Origin: Candidatus Jordarchaeales archaeon
GTDB lineage: Archaea > Asgardarchaeota > Jordiarchaeia > Jordiarchaeales > Freyrarchaeaceae
Assembly (NCBI GenBank): GCA_038889235.1
Contig: JAWAHN010000001.1
Location: 494,499-526,498 of the forward strand
Length of the DNA: 32,000 bases
Direction of reading: 5' to 3'
Shown here: one piece after another, positions 16,863 through 26,594 of the stretch
How the letters are laid out: every line of letters begins with the position of its first letter
How positions within the stretch are numbered: the stretch's first letter is position 1
Notes under the pieces: model-generated
The model's input: only the letters and a program-made list of their open reading frames with translations
Database searches by the model: none
What the model was told of the DNA's origin: nothing
Made by a program: the position numbers and the translations under genes

Positions 16863-17534
16863 TTAGGATGCGATACTGTAAACTCCGTCCCGCTTCTCAA
16901 CGAGGTTGCGTTCCTCTAGACGTTTAAGGCAGTTCTCAACAACTTTTTCCCTTAAGTCTAGTTCCTCCGATATTTCTTCTATGTTTGCCTTGCCCTTCAT
17001 TACCAACAAAGACAGGACCAGCTTCTCTAGGTAGTCCAGGCCCAACTGGTTTATGAGATCACTTATCTTAATGTTGACCTTCTGCTTAGCGCTAAGAAGC
17101 TTCACTCTTTCCCTTTCTAAATCCCTCAGCTTACTGTTGATTTCCTCTAGCTTTTTAACAAGCTCTTTAAGCTTGAACGTGAGCTCTTCCAAAGCTCCTA
17201 AAATAGGCTCTGTACTCTCCTTCTCCCTCTTAGCTTCAAGTATTTTGAGCTCGTAGAGTGATGGAGCGACGGAGAAGTCAAGTAGGAGAAAACTGTTGAT
17301 CCCATAGTATGTTCTTTCTGGTCCTACGCTGGACTTTTCGTATCCAAGCTTAACAACGAGACCTTTTTCCTCCAGGACTTTTAAGTGGTCCATCACGGCC
17401 TTCTGGCTTATGTTTAGCAGCCGGGCTAGCTGGAACGGATAGTGAGGGCATATCGACAACAGCTTTAGCAAAAGCCTCCTCGTTGGGTTAGATAATATGT
17501 AGAAAATTTCCTCGACATCTACTGGTTCACGCAA
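16863..17534 (-). CDS. ArsR-type winged-helix regulator, Phr/HSR1 heat-shock regulator-like, with coiled coil and second wHTH
   Basis: LSNPTRR, SQKAVMDHLKVLEEKGLV and GPERTYY match the recalled Pyrococcus Phr pattern; directly downstream of cdc48. Confidence 0.8.
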   Translation of the reverse strand: MREPVDVEEIFYILSNPTRRLLLKLLSICPHYPFQLARLLNISQKAVMDHLKVLEEKGLVVKLGYEKSSVGPERTYYGINSFLLLDFSVAPSLYELKILEAKREKESTEPILGALEELTFKLKELVKKLEEINSKLRDLERERVKLLSAKQKVNIKISDLINQLGLDYLEKLVLSLLVMKGKANIEEISEELDLREKVVENCLKRLEERNLVEKRDGVYSIAS

Positions 17535-17542
17535 AACGACCC

Positions 17543-17569
17543 CCCTCCTTTTCCGTCTAAAAAGGAGAG
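17543..17569 (-). promoter_or_regulatory. Stem-loop covering the Shine-Dalgarno of the Phr-like gene
   Basis: mRNA sense CUCUCCUUUU-UAGACGG-AAAAGGAGGG: 8 Watson-Crick pairs plus U-G and C-G extension; includes GGAGG. Confidence 0.55.
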
Positions 17570-19792
<2,223 letters not shown>

Positions 19793-19830
19793 TTAGGATG
19801 TAGCTAGGACCACGGCACACCCATCAGCCA

Positions 19831-19882
19831 TGCCAGCTCCATACTCTCACCCCCTTCGAGTGGTGATGTATGAGAGCTGGCA
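19831..19882 (-). promoter_or_regulatory. 52-nt stem-loop in the cdc48 leader
   Basis: TGCCAGCTC/GAGCTGGCA, CATAC/GTATG and TCACC/GGTGA stems are nested in order. Confidence 0.65.
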
Positions 19883-19885
19883 AAC

Positions 19886-19914
19886 TTTACTTGAAGTATA
19901 TTACTTTTAGTAAT
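19886..19914. promoter_or_regulatory. Tandem AC-N5-GT palindromic sites, putative Phr/HSR1 operator
   Basis: TTTAC-ttgaa-GTATA (19886-19900) and ATTAC-tttta-GTAAT (19900-19914), just downstream of the predicted start site. Confidence 0.55.
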
Positions 19915-19939
19915 CTACTTACACTTCTAGCAAAAGGAA

Positions 19940-19954
19940 TTTATAAACTTTTCG
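19940..19954 (-). promoter_or_regulatory. BRE-TATA promoter of the cdc48-regulator operon
   Basis: Minus strand CGAAAAG-TTTATAAA. Confidence 0.65.
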
Positions 19955-20224
19955 CTTAGTCTCAGACGAGCTTAATTAAGACCACTCATAGTTTCCCGTA
20001 TAGTTCGTTTTTCTAAACATGCGCGCCGCTAAAGCACTTCCAAATCGTAAAAGAGATTTATTTGATTATTCTCAATCATACTTCTCCACTACTGAATCGA
20101 ACATGTCCAACTCTAATTTTTCGTTAACGGCTCTGAAGTGGTGAAAGTTTCAGTATTGCTGGATTAATCGTGGTTTATGAGTGGTGTGTTGAGTTTGTGC
20201 GCTTTGTGTGTTCATCCATCTTAC

Positions 20225-20267
20225 TTATTAGTTTTTCTAATAAAAAAATCAAAAAAATTTAAATTAA
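20225..20267 (+). promoter_or_regulatory. Promoter of the reductase/activator pair with an upstream 7-5-7 inverted repeat
   Basis: TTATTAG-ttttt-CTAATAA (20225-20243), then AAAAAAA-TTTAAAT (20251-20264), about 50 nt before the TTG start. Confidence 0.45.
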
Positions 20268-20313
20268 AGGTGCTATCGAGATGCTTTCAGATAACTTTTT
20301 GGTGGTGTGAAGT

Positions 20314-21597
20314 TTGTCTGACGGGTACCGTGAGATGTGGAAAGAGCTCGGATTAGACTTGGAGAGGCACGATGCGCTTTTGGCATCATTACTGCCGGTT
20401 TACCAAGAAGTGTACCTCTCTCAGAAAAACAGGCCCAAGTCGATGGGGTACTATGACTTCGTCGTCTCAGAGATACATGGGTTAAGGGTAAAGGAACTCG
20501 TGGATTTCAGAAAAAAGGGTGGAAAGGTTGTCTCAACTTTCTGCCTTTACGTCCCTGAAGAACTCGTGATCGCCGCGGGAGCGGTGCAAGTTGGTCTCTG
20601 TGGTGGAGCGAATACGACGATTGAGTACGCAGAAAGGGACTTGCCTAGAAATCTCTGCCCGCTGATTAAGTCGTCTTACGGATTCAAGATATCCGCCTTG
20701 TGTCCCTACTTTGCCGTAAGTGACCTTATCGTTGGAGAAACCACTTGTGACGGGAAAAAGAAGATGTACGAGTTTCTCAGCAGACATGCTCCGACTTATG
20801 TTGTCGAGGTGCCTCACAAGCCAAACACTGAGCATGCCAAAATGCTTTGGTTTGAAGAGCTTAAGTTACTTAAGGATAAACTTGAGGAGCTTACTGGGAA
20901 CAAAATTACCGTTGAGAAGCTCAGGAATGCGGTTAACATTGTGAATGAGAAGAGAAACGTTCTCAGGAAGCTTTTTGAGGCAAGGAAGGCCCGTCCCTCG
21001 CCCATAAGTGGTAAGGATGCTATTCTTGTAACTCAAATAAGCTTCTATGATGATCCACGGCGTTTCGTCGAAAAGACAGAAGAACTCGTTAGGGAACTTG
21101 AAGAGAGAATAAAGAACAAGGAGGGCGTCGTAGACGAAGATGCTCCAAGAATAGTAATTAGCGGATGCCCCATGGCTATTCCGAATTGGAAGCTTCACCA
21201 TATTATCGAGAGCAGCGGAGCGGTAGTGGTTGCAGAGGAATCATGTACGGGTTCAAGGTATCTTAGCATCGAAAGCATTAACGCGAACGCCAAAAGCGTG
21301 GATGAGTTTCTCAGGGCGATGGTTGATGCTTACAGCAACATTCACTGCGCTTGTTTTACACCTAATGATGAAAGAGTTAATGACGTAGTGAAGTTGGTCA
21401 AGGAGTTTAGCGCTGATGGTGTCATACACTACAATCTCCACAGTTGCCACCCCTACAGCGTTGAGGCGAACAAGGTGACCAGAGCTCTCAAGGAGAAGGG
21501 TATCCCTGCAATTAGCATAGAGACAGACTACAGCCAAGAGGATGTGGGCCAGCTCACCACTAGAGTGGAAGCTTTCATCGAGATGCTCAAAAAGTAG
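20314..21597 (+). CDS. Double-cubane-cluster-type anaerobic reductase (DCCP; 2-hydroxyacyl-CoA dehydratase superfamily)
   Basis: YREMWKELGLDLERHD N-terminus, TFCLYVPEE, GLCGG, PRNLCPLIKS, CPYF, VGETTCDGKKK, EESCTG, HCAC and SCHPY. Confidence 0.85.
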   Translation: MSDGYREMWKELGLDLERHDALLASLLPVYQEVYLSQKNRPKSMGYYDFVVSEIHGLRVKELVDFRKKGGKVVSTFCLYVPEELVIAAGAVQVGLCGGANTTIEYAERDLPRNLCPLIKSSYGFKISALCPYFAVSDLIVGETTCDGKKKMYEFLSRHAPTYVVEVPHKPNTEHAKMLWFEELKLLKDKLEELTGNKITVEKLRNAVNIVNEKRNVLRKLFEARKARPSPISGKDAILVTQISFYDDPRRFVEKTEELVRELEERIKNKEGVVDEDAPRIVISGCPMAIPNWKLHHIIESSGAVVVAEESCTGSRYLSIESINANAKSVDEFLRAMVDAYSNIHCACFTPNDERVNDVVKLVKEFSADGVIHYNLHSCHPYSVEANKVTRALKEKGIPAISIETDYSQEDVGQLTTRVEAFIEMLKK

Positions 21598-21707
21598 TTG
21601 ACCACATAAGACCACGATTCACACCAACACTACTCGTCCATTTCATTTTCAACTTATTCTTGAATTTCAGAAAAGGAGTTTTTGATTTCTCTCCTCTAGG
21701 TGAGATG

Positions 21708-22487
21708 ATGGGCTACGTCATTGGGCTTGACATGGGATCAACAACGACTAAGGCATTGCTTCTTGCGGATAAAGAGATGATCTACGAGATTCGCCCAACA
21801 GGAGTGAATCCTCATGAGACAGGGAAAATGCTTCTCTCTCTACTATGTTCAAGGGCTGGGATCAGCTTAGACGATGTAGCCTGCATTGTGGCTACAGGTT
21901 ATGGGCGAGTGAACGCGCCCTACGCCAGTATAAAGATATCTGAGATAGCTTGTCACGCTAAGGGAGCCTATTTCATCAATAGAAACGTGCGTATCGTGAT
22001 TGATGTCGGAGGACAAGATAGCAAGGTGATAGCGGTAGGTAGCGAAGGAGAAGTTGTAGATTTCTATATGAATGATAAATGTGCCGCTGGCACAGGAAGG
22101 TTCCTTGATATTATGGCGTCCACTCTGGAGATGAGCCATGAAGAGATGGCGCATGCCGCTCTCAGCTCACGCAACCCGGCGAAAATATCTAGTATGTGCA
22201 CGGTTTTCGCTGAATCTGAAGTTATTTCTTTAATAGCTAAGGGGGCTAGAAAGGAAGACATTGCCGCAGGACTATGTCATGCTATAGCAGACCGGCTGGC
22301 CTCTATGGTGAGGAAGCTAGGGGTTAAGGGAGTTATCATGATGAGTGGTGGGGTAGCTAAAAACACAGGGTTAGTTAATATTCTAGGGAAGAAACTTGGA
22401 GAGAAAATATACGTGCCAGATGAGCCGCAAATAATAGGCGCACTGGGAGCAGCGCTAATAGCCAAGGAGAAAAATAGGCGATATTAG
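21708..22487 (+). CDS. ATP-dependent [4Fe-4S] activator/reductase (HgdC/BadG/DCCP-R family, ASKHA fold)
   Basis: GLDMGSTTTK, ATGYGR, EIACH, DVGGQDSK, MNDKCAAGTGRF, ISSMCTVFAESE, GGVAKN and GALGAAL; ATG 21708 (or 21705) after AGGTGA. Confidence 0.93.
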   Translation: MGYVIGLDMGSTTTKALLLADKEMIYEIRPTGVNPHETGKMLLSLLCSRAGISLDDVACIVATGYGRVNAPYASIKISEIACHAKGAYFINRNVRIVIDVGGQDSKVIAVGSEGEVVDFYMNDKCAAGTGRFLDIMASTLEMSHEEMAHAALSSRNPAKISSMCTVFAESEVISLIAKGARKEDIAAGLCHAIADRLASMVRKLGVKGVIMMSGGVAKNTGLVNILGKKLGEKIYVPDEPQIIGALGAALIAKEKNRRY

Positions 22488-22581
22488 AAGTTGTTAATAG
22501 AGGGTAGTCGTTTGGCTGCCTATTAGCAACATTACAGTTACAGGAAATCTTAGAGTATTAGTTCATTCAAAGCTTCTCAAT

Positions 22582-23919
22582 TTATTCTTCCACTCCCTTG
22601 CGCCTTCTTCTGGATATTGCTATCTCAGACGTTTTCGAAACGACCTCGTAGAGTATAGCCTTTTTTCCCTCTCTTTTCCTTAGAAGTCTTCCGAGTCTCT
22701 GGATGAACTCACGTTTGCTTCCACTTCCTCCAAGAATCACGCCAACATTTGCTTCGGGAACGTCTATACCTTCATCTAGTACTTTGCTAGTCACTACGGC
22801 ACGGTAAACTCCTTCCTTAAACTTTCTTAGTATTTCGCGTCTTTCCTTTTTCGGAGTCTTGTGCGTTATCGCCGGGATAAGGAAGGCTGAGCTCACCTTG
22901 TAGACTAGGCTATTGTGCTCCGTGAATATTATGATCCTGTCGTTTGCGTGTTTTTCGAGTATTTTTGCTAGCACGTTGAGCTTGGAGGACGAGTTTATGG
23001 AGATCGTTCTCGCTCTGTGTCTCGCTAGGAGGGCTGCTCTCGCCTTCGGGTCCCTCCCGCTTTTAAGGATAAGCTTTCTAAAGTCTTCAGGGGAGTTCAT
23101 GGAGAGGTTGTTCTCTTTCAAGTAGTTGATGTAGATGTTATAGGCTTCATCGTACGCCTTTCTTTCTTCGGGCGTTAGGTCGACGAGGACGCGTTTTATC
23201 TCGTACTCTGCAAGATGGCGGCCGGTTAGCTCTTTTATGGGAACCTCGTACTTCACTCCGCCCACTAGGCGGCTGAGTTCAACGTGCAGTCCGTCTGAGC
23301 GTTCGGGGGTTGCTGTGAGCCCCATTCTATACGGGGCGGCAGACATCTCGGCGATGTGTGAGTAGCCTGGCGATGGCAGGTGGTGGACTTCGTCAAAGAC
23401 TATGAAGGAAAATTTGTTTCCCAGTTCTTCAATCCTGAGGTACGCAGTGTCGTAGGTTGCTATGGTTATGGGTCCTAGTGTGTGCTCGCCTCCCCCGTAG
23501 AGTCCTACTTCCACGCCGAAGGTGTCTGACACCGCTGTGGCCCATTGATCCATTAGGTCGAGTGTTGGTACGACTACCAACGTCGCCTCGGAGACAATGG
23601 ATATGGCTTTCAGGGCGACGAACGTTTTACCGGACCCTGTCGGCATCACTATGACTCCGCGTTTTCCGGCTTTAACCCATGCGTTCACAGCATCTTCCTG
23701 GTAGTCTTTCAGCTTAGCGTTGAACTTAAGTATAGGGCATGGTATAAGGTCTAAAACGTTGTCGACGAACTTAAGGTTTGACTCCTTAAGAAATTCGACG
23801 ATGTCCCTGTAGTATATTGCAAGCGAGCGGTAGGCGCCTACCCTGTCATCCCACCTCGAGTGGGGGACTTGCATGCCGTAGATCAGTATGGTTCCCTTGT
23901 CATACTCCAGCTTAATCAA
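22582..23919 (-). CDS. xpb: Archaeal XPB/Rad25-type DEAH helicase
   Basis: N-terminal damage-recognition-domain-like segment (YDKGTILI...YRSLAIYY), PTGSGKT, FDEVHHL, GLTATPER, VLDEGIDVPEA and QRLGRLLR. Confidence 0.93.
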   Translation of the reverse strand: MIKLEYDKGTILIYGMQVPHSRWDDRVGAYRSLAIYYRDIVEFLKESNLKFVDNVLDLIPCPILKFNAKLKDYQEDAVNAWVKAGKRGVIVMPTGSGKTFVALKAISIVSEATLVVVPTLDLMDQWATAVSDTFGVEVGLYGGGEHTLGPITIATYDTAYLRIEELGNKFSFIVFDEVHHLPSPGYSHIAEMSAAPYRMGLTATPERSDGLHVELSRLVGGVKYEVPIKELTGRHLAEYEIKRVLVDLTPEERKAYDEAYNIYINYLKENNLSMNSPEDFRKLILKSGRDPKARAALLARHRARTISINSSSKLNVLAKILEKHANDRIIIFTEHNSLVYKVSSAFLIPAITHKTPKKERREILRKFKEGVYRAVVTSKVLDEGIDVPEANVGVILGGSGSKREFIQRLGRLLRKREGKKAILYEVVSKTSEIAISRRRRKGVEE

Positions 23920-23961
23920 TGAACTTCACCTTTAAGGGATAAGATGGAAACGGTTCTAATT

Positions 23962-24804
23962 TTAGTTTTCCGCCCTTTTTGAGGTGGGCTCACCCGTCTT
24001 TTTGCCCAGGAAGATCCAGACGGGGCAGAGCCACTTGACGTAAAAGTGTTTTAGGATGAATGTTGCAGCGCGCATTACAACTCTGCCTATCCTTGAGTTT
24101 GGTATGAGCCGGCGGAGGGAGCGTATCTTTTCGTCCAAGTTCCAGGAGTATAGGCGTATTCCCACGCTCTCGAATGCTTTCACCAGTTTCGGGTATAGTG
24201 GGAGGAAGAAGACCTCGTTTGTTTCACCTCTCTTAGTCGACTTAACATAGGCCTCAGCGATCCTTCTTGGGAGGAGCGTGAAGAAGGGGAGGAGGTAGTG
24301 GTTGTCTTTCAATATGATTCGGGGGGATATCCTGTTGGGGCACGTTAGGTAGACTATTCCTCCCTTTCTTAGAACTCTAGCTACTTCACCCACCATCTTG
24401 GACGGATTGTTCAGGTGTTCTATTACGTCACTGCAGGCTACGAAGTCAAAAGCCCCGTTCTTGAAGGGCATGCTTTCCCCGCTCGCCACCAGCAGGTTCA
24501 ACTCAACACCCTCCTCTCTCCCCCACGCCGTTGCAACTTTAAGGTACCTTGGGTCCACGTCGAAAGCAACTGTGGCAGAACTTCTCTTGGTGAAAGCTAT
24601 TGCTAGTCCGCCTGCTCCGCACCCGACATCAAGAAAGAACTTTCCTTCAACTGGCAAGAGACGTTCCAGAACTTCTAGGAGCATTTCCCCCCTCCTGACC
24701 CCAAGAAAGGTGTACATGAAGTAGAGGTCGTACAGCTTCTTAGAGCCAGGAACAACCGGCTTTATCAGCTCCCTCCAAAGCGTCTTGGCATCTTTTTCTG
24801 CCAT
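23962..24804 (-). CDS. Class I SAM-dependent methyltransferase
   Basis: FLDVGCGAGG, FDVD, GESMPFKNGAFDFV..SDVIEHL and VLRKGG motifs; ATG 24804 after GTGGTG (ORF track start 24879). Confidence 0.88.
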   Translation of the reverse strand: MAEKDAKTLWRELIKPVVPGSKKLYDLYFMYTFLGVRRGEMLLEVLERLLPVEGKFFLDVGCGAGGLAIAFTKRSSATVAFDVDPRYLKVATAWGREEGVELNLLVASGESMPFKNGAFDFVACSDVIEHLNNPSKMVGEVARVLRKGGIVYLTCPNRISPRIILKDNHYLLPFFTLLPRRIAEAYVKSTKRGETNEVFFLPLYPKLVKAFESVGIRLYSWNLDEKIRSLRRLIPNSRIGRVVMRAATFILKHFYVKWLCPVWIFLGKKTGEPTSKRAEN

Positions 24805-24875
24805 TAGAAGCACCACTCTCCGATGCTTAGAATGACAAGATGCAGAAGGCGATATTATAAGAGTTTGGTGGTCTT

Positions 24876-26390
24876 TCATCCGTAGCGCGCTAACCCTTCA
24901 ATGCACGAGTAGTTCACCTTTAACTTGTTTGCCTGCGTCATTTCTCTCATTATTGCTTTCTCGAGCGAGCCGAAGAGCCGTTTAACCTGCTCCTCTACAG
25001 GGACGCACATCTTTATAGCTTCCCTCATGTGGCGCCCTTCTATCAAATCGCTCCCTTCTTCGACCGCTAGGTCTCCGGCCATTCTAACAACGCCGCCGAG
25101 ATCCCTCAACCTTAATGTTATAGCCCCCTTTACTCCATCTATAACTTCAGCCCTCCTTATGGCTTCTCTGATGAGTTCTTCAACAGCCTCCCTCGTGGCA
25201 TGTGGTATCCTTCCGTCGGAAACCACCTCTTGGGCGACAAACTGCGCTATTTTCGCCCTGTTCTCCGGCGTGTCAGGCATCGTGGAGTTTAGGAGAATCT
25301 CGTAGCCGTTCCCTTGAATCCTCGACCTCAGAGGGGACAGTATGGCAGGCAGGTCCTGTATGTTACATGCTCCTATGAACATGAAGTCACATGGCACATC
25401 GTCGACCCTGACGTTTGAACCACTACTCTGAGGGTTACGCCCGGTTATGGGAAACTTCTTGTCCTGCATGGCTGTCAAAAGGAAGCTTTGCAGGTGACCT
25501 AGGTGGGGTAGCTCATCTATGTAGAGGACACCTTCGTGAGCCTCGTGTATGGCTCCAGCAACAACTCTCTTATACGGGGGAGTGCCAAGCTCCGGGTGCC
25601 CCCCGTAAGGGTCGTGAAGCACGTCTCCCAGAAGCTCCGTCTCGCTTGCCCCCGTCGCCTGCACAAAAGTCTTCCTGTTTAGCGGGATCAGGATCTTCCT
25701 CGGCCTGGACTTTTCGAACTCCCCTAGAACTTCCAGGTCTTTTTGACCAAGCACCCTAACAGAGGGGCCATCAGGGTCGTGGCCGACCGCCTCGTAAAAA
25801 ACTACCTCCTCTTTTCCGTCAACCCCTCTGACGGTGTAGGGGACCACCTTCCTACGTCTCTTTTGCTCGATAGGAAAAACGTACTTCTCGTAAAGGTCCC
25901 TAAAAGGGGACGAAAAGTCACCTTTGTCGACCTCCTTGTAACTACCACAGTAGGGGCAAGTAATGTTAGAGGAGGAACTCATCATCCCACAATTCTTACA
26001 CCTGTAGCCCAGCCTGACAGCAACCTCGAAAGGTATGTCTTTCGGTGTGACGAACCGACCCACCTGTTCTTCCCCACGCTTCGTATCCCCTCTAACGACT
26101 TCTACCATTGGTCTTTCAGGGTTCTTGGGGTTATGTACAACCCAGACCTCTTCTTTGGGGGGAGGCAGAAGAAATGCGATGGCTTTAGCTATCATTGACT
26201 TGCCTACACCCGGGTAGCCGACTAGAAGGAGGTGTCTCCTTTGCTTCACAGCCAGCTTAGCCATCTTAACGGCGTGGTCCTGCCCTATGACTCTGTCAAG
26301 TGGATTAGGCGGAATTAAAATGTCCATTGTGGTTTCAAGTTCATCAAGGTAGAAGCCAACTGTGGGGTCGAGAAGGACGCGGCTAGGCAC
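24876..26390 (-). CDS. LonB-type AAA+ ATPase lacking the protease domain, with zinc-ribbon insert
   Basis: VIGQDHA, GYPGVGKS, ATGASETELLGDVLHDP, AIHEAHEGVLYIDE, VPCDF, PLRSRI and LRLRDLGG; CKNC...CPYC insert; ends about 40 aa after the AAA lid. GTG 26390 after GGGGGA. Confidence 0.88.
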   Translation of the reverse strand: MPSRVLLDPTVGFYLDELETTMDILIPPNPLDRVIGQDHAVKMAKLAVKQRRHLLLVGYPGVGKSMIAKAIAFLLPPPKEEVWVVHNPKNPERPMVEVVRGDTKRGEEQVGRFVTPKDIPFEVAVRLGYRCKNCGMMSSSSNITCPYCGSYKEVDKGDFSSPFRDLYEKYVFPIEQKRRRKVVPYTVRGVDGKEEVVFYEAVGHDPDGPSVRVLGQKDLEVLGEFEKSRPRKILIPLNRKTFVQATGASETELLGDVLHDPYGGHPELGTPPYKRVVAGAIHEAHEGVLYIDELPHLGHLQSFLLTAMQDKKFPITGRNPQSSGSNVRVDDVPCDFMFIGACNIQDLPAILSPLRSRIQGNGYEILLNSTMPDTPENRAKIAQFVAQEVVSDGRIPHATREAVEELIREAIRRAEVIDGVKGAITLRLRDLGGVVRMAGDLAVEEGSDLIEGRHMREAIKMCVPVEEQVKRLFGSLEKAIMREMTQANKLKVNYSCIEGLARYG

Positions 26391-26594
26391 GTAAATCCCC
26401 CAAATCAACAATCGCAAATAAAACAATTACAGGGGAAATAAAAAGGCAAGTAATTCCAGAAGGAAACGCCGCAGACCAGCCAGCTTAACCTACACATGGA
26501 AAAGAATTAAAGAGTAGGAGGGGGAAGTTAGACATAGAACAATGCTCCCGCCTAAATGAACCTTTAACGATAATTGCTACTCGCGCGAGGTGGT

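Noticed and set aside
19831-19882. SECIS interpretation of the cdc48 leader hairpin
   Set aside because: No 5' AUGA/GA quartet or archaeal GAA/A internal loop in the correct position, and no adjacent UGA-containing gene.
20019-20215. Short ORFs in the cdc48-DCCP intergenic region, including one with an in-frame TGA, and a hammerhead-like CTGA...GAAA
   Set aside because: No SD, no Sec-type motif and low-complexity composition; CTGAAGT does not match the CUGANGA core.
23290-23330. XPB RED motif reads RSD (TPERSDG)
   Set aside because: This position varies among archaeal XPBs, and all helicase motifs are intact.
24840-24879. Frameshift or readthrough joining the Lon ATPase to a protease domain
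   Set aside because: Readthrough meets TAA within seven codons, and the downstream frame encodes a methyltransferase, not Lon_C.
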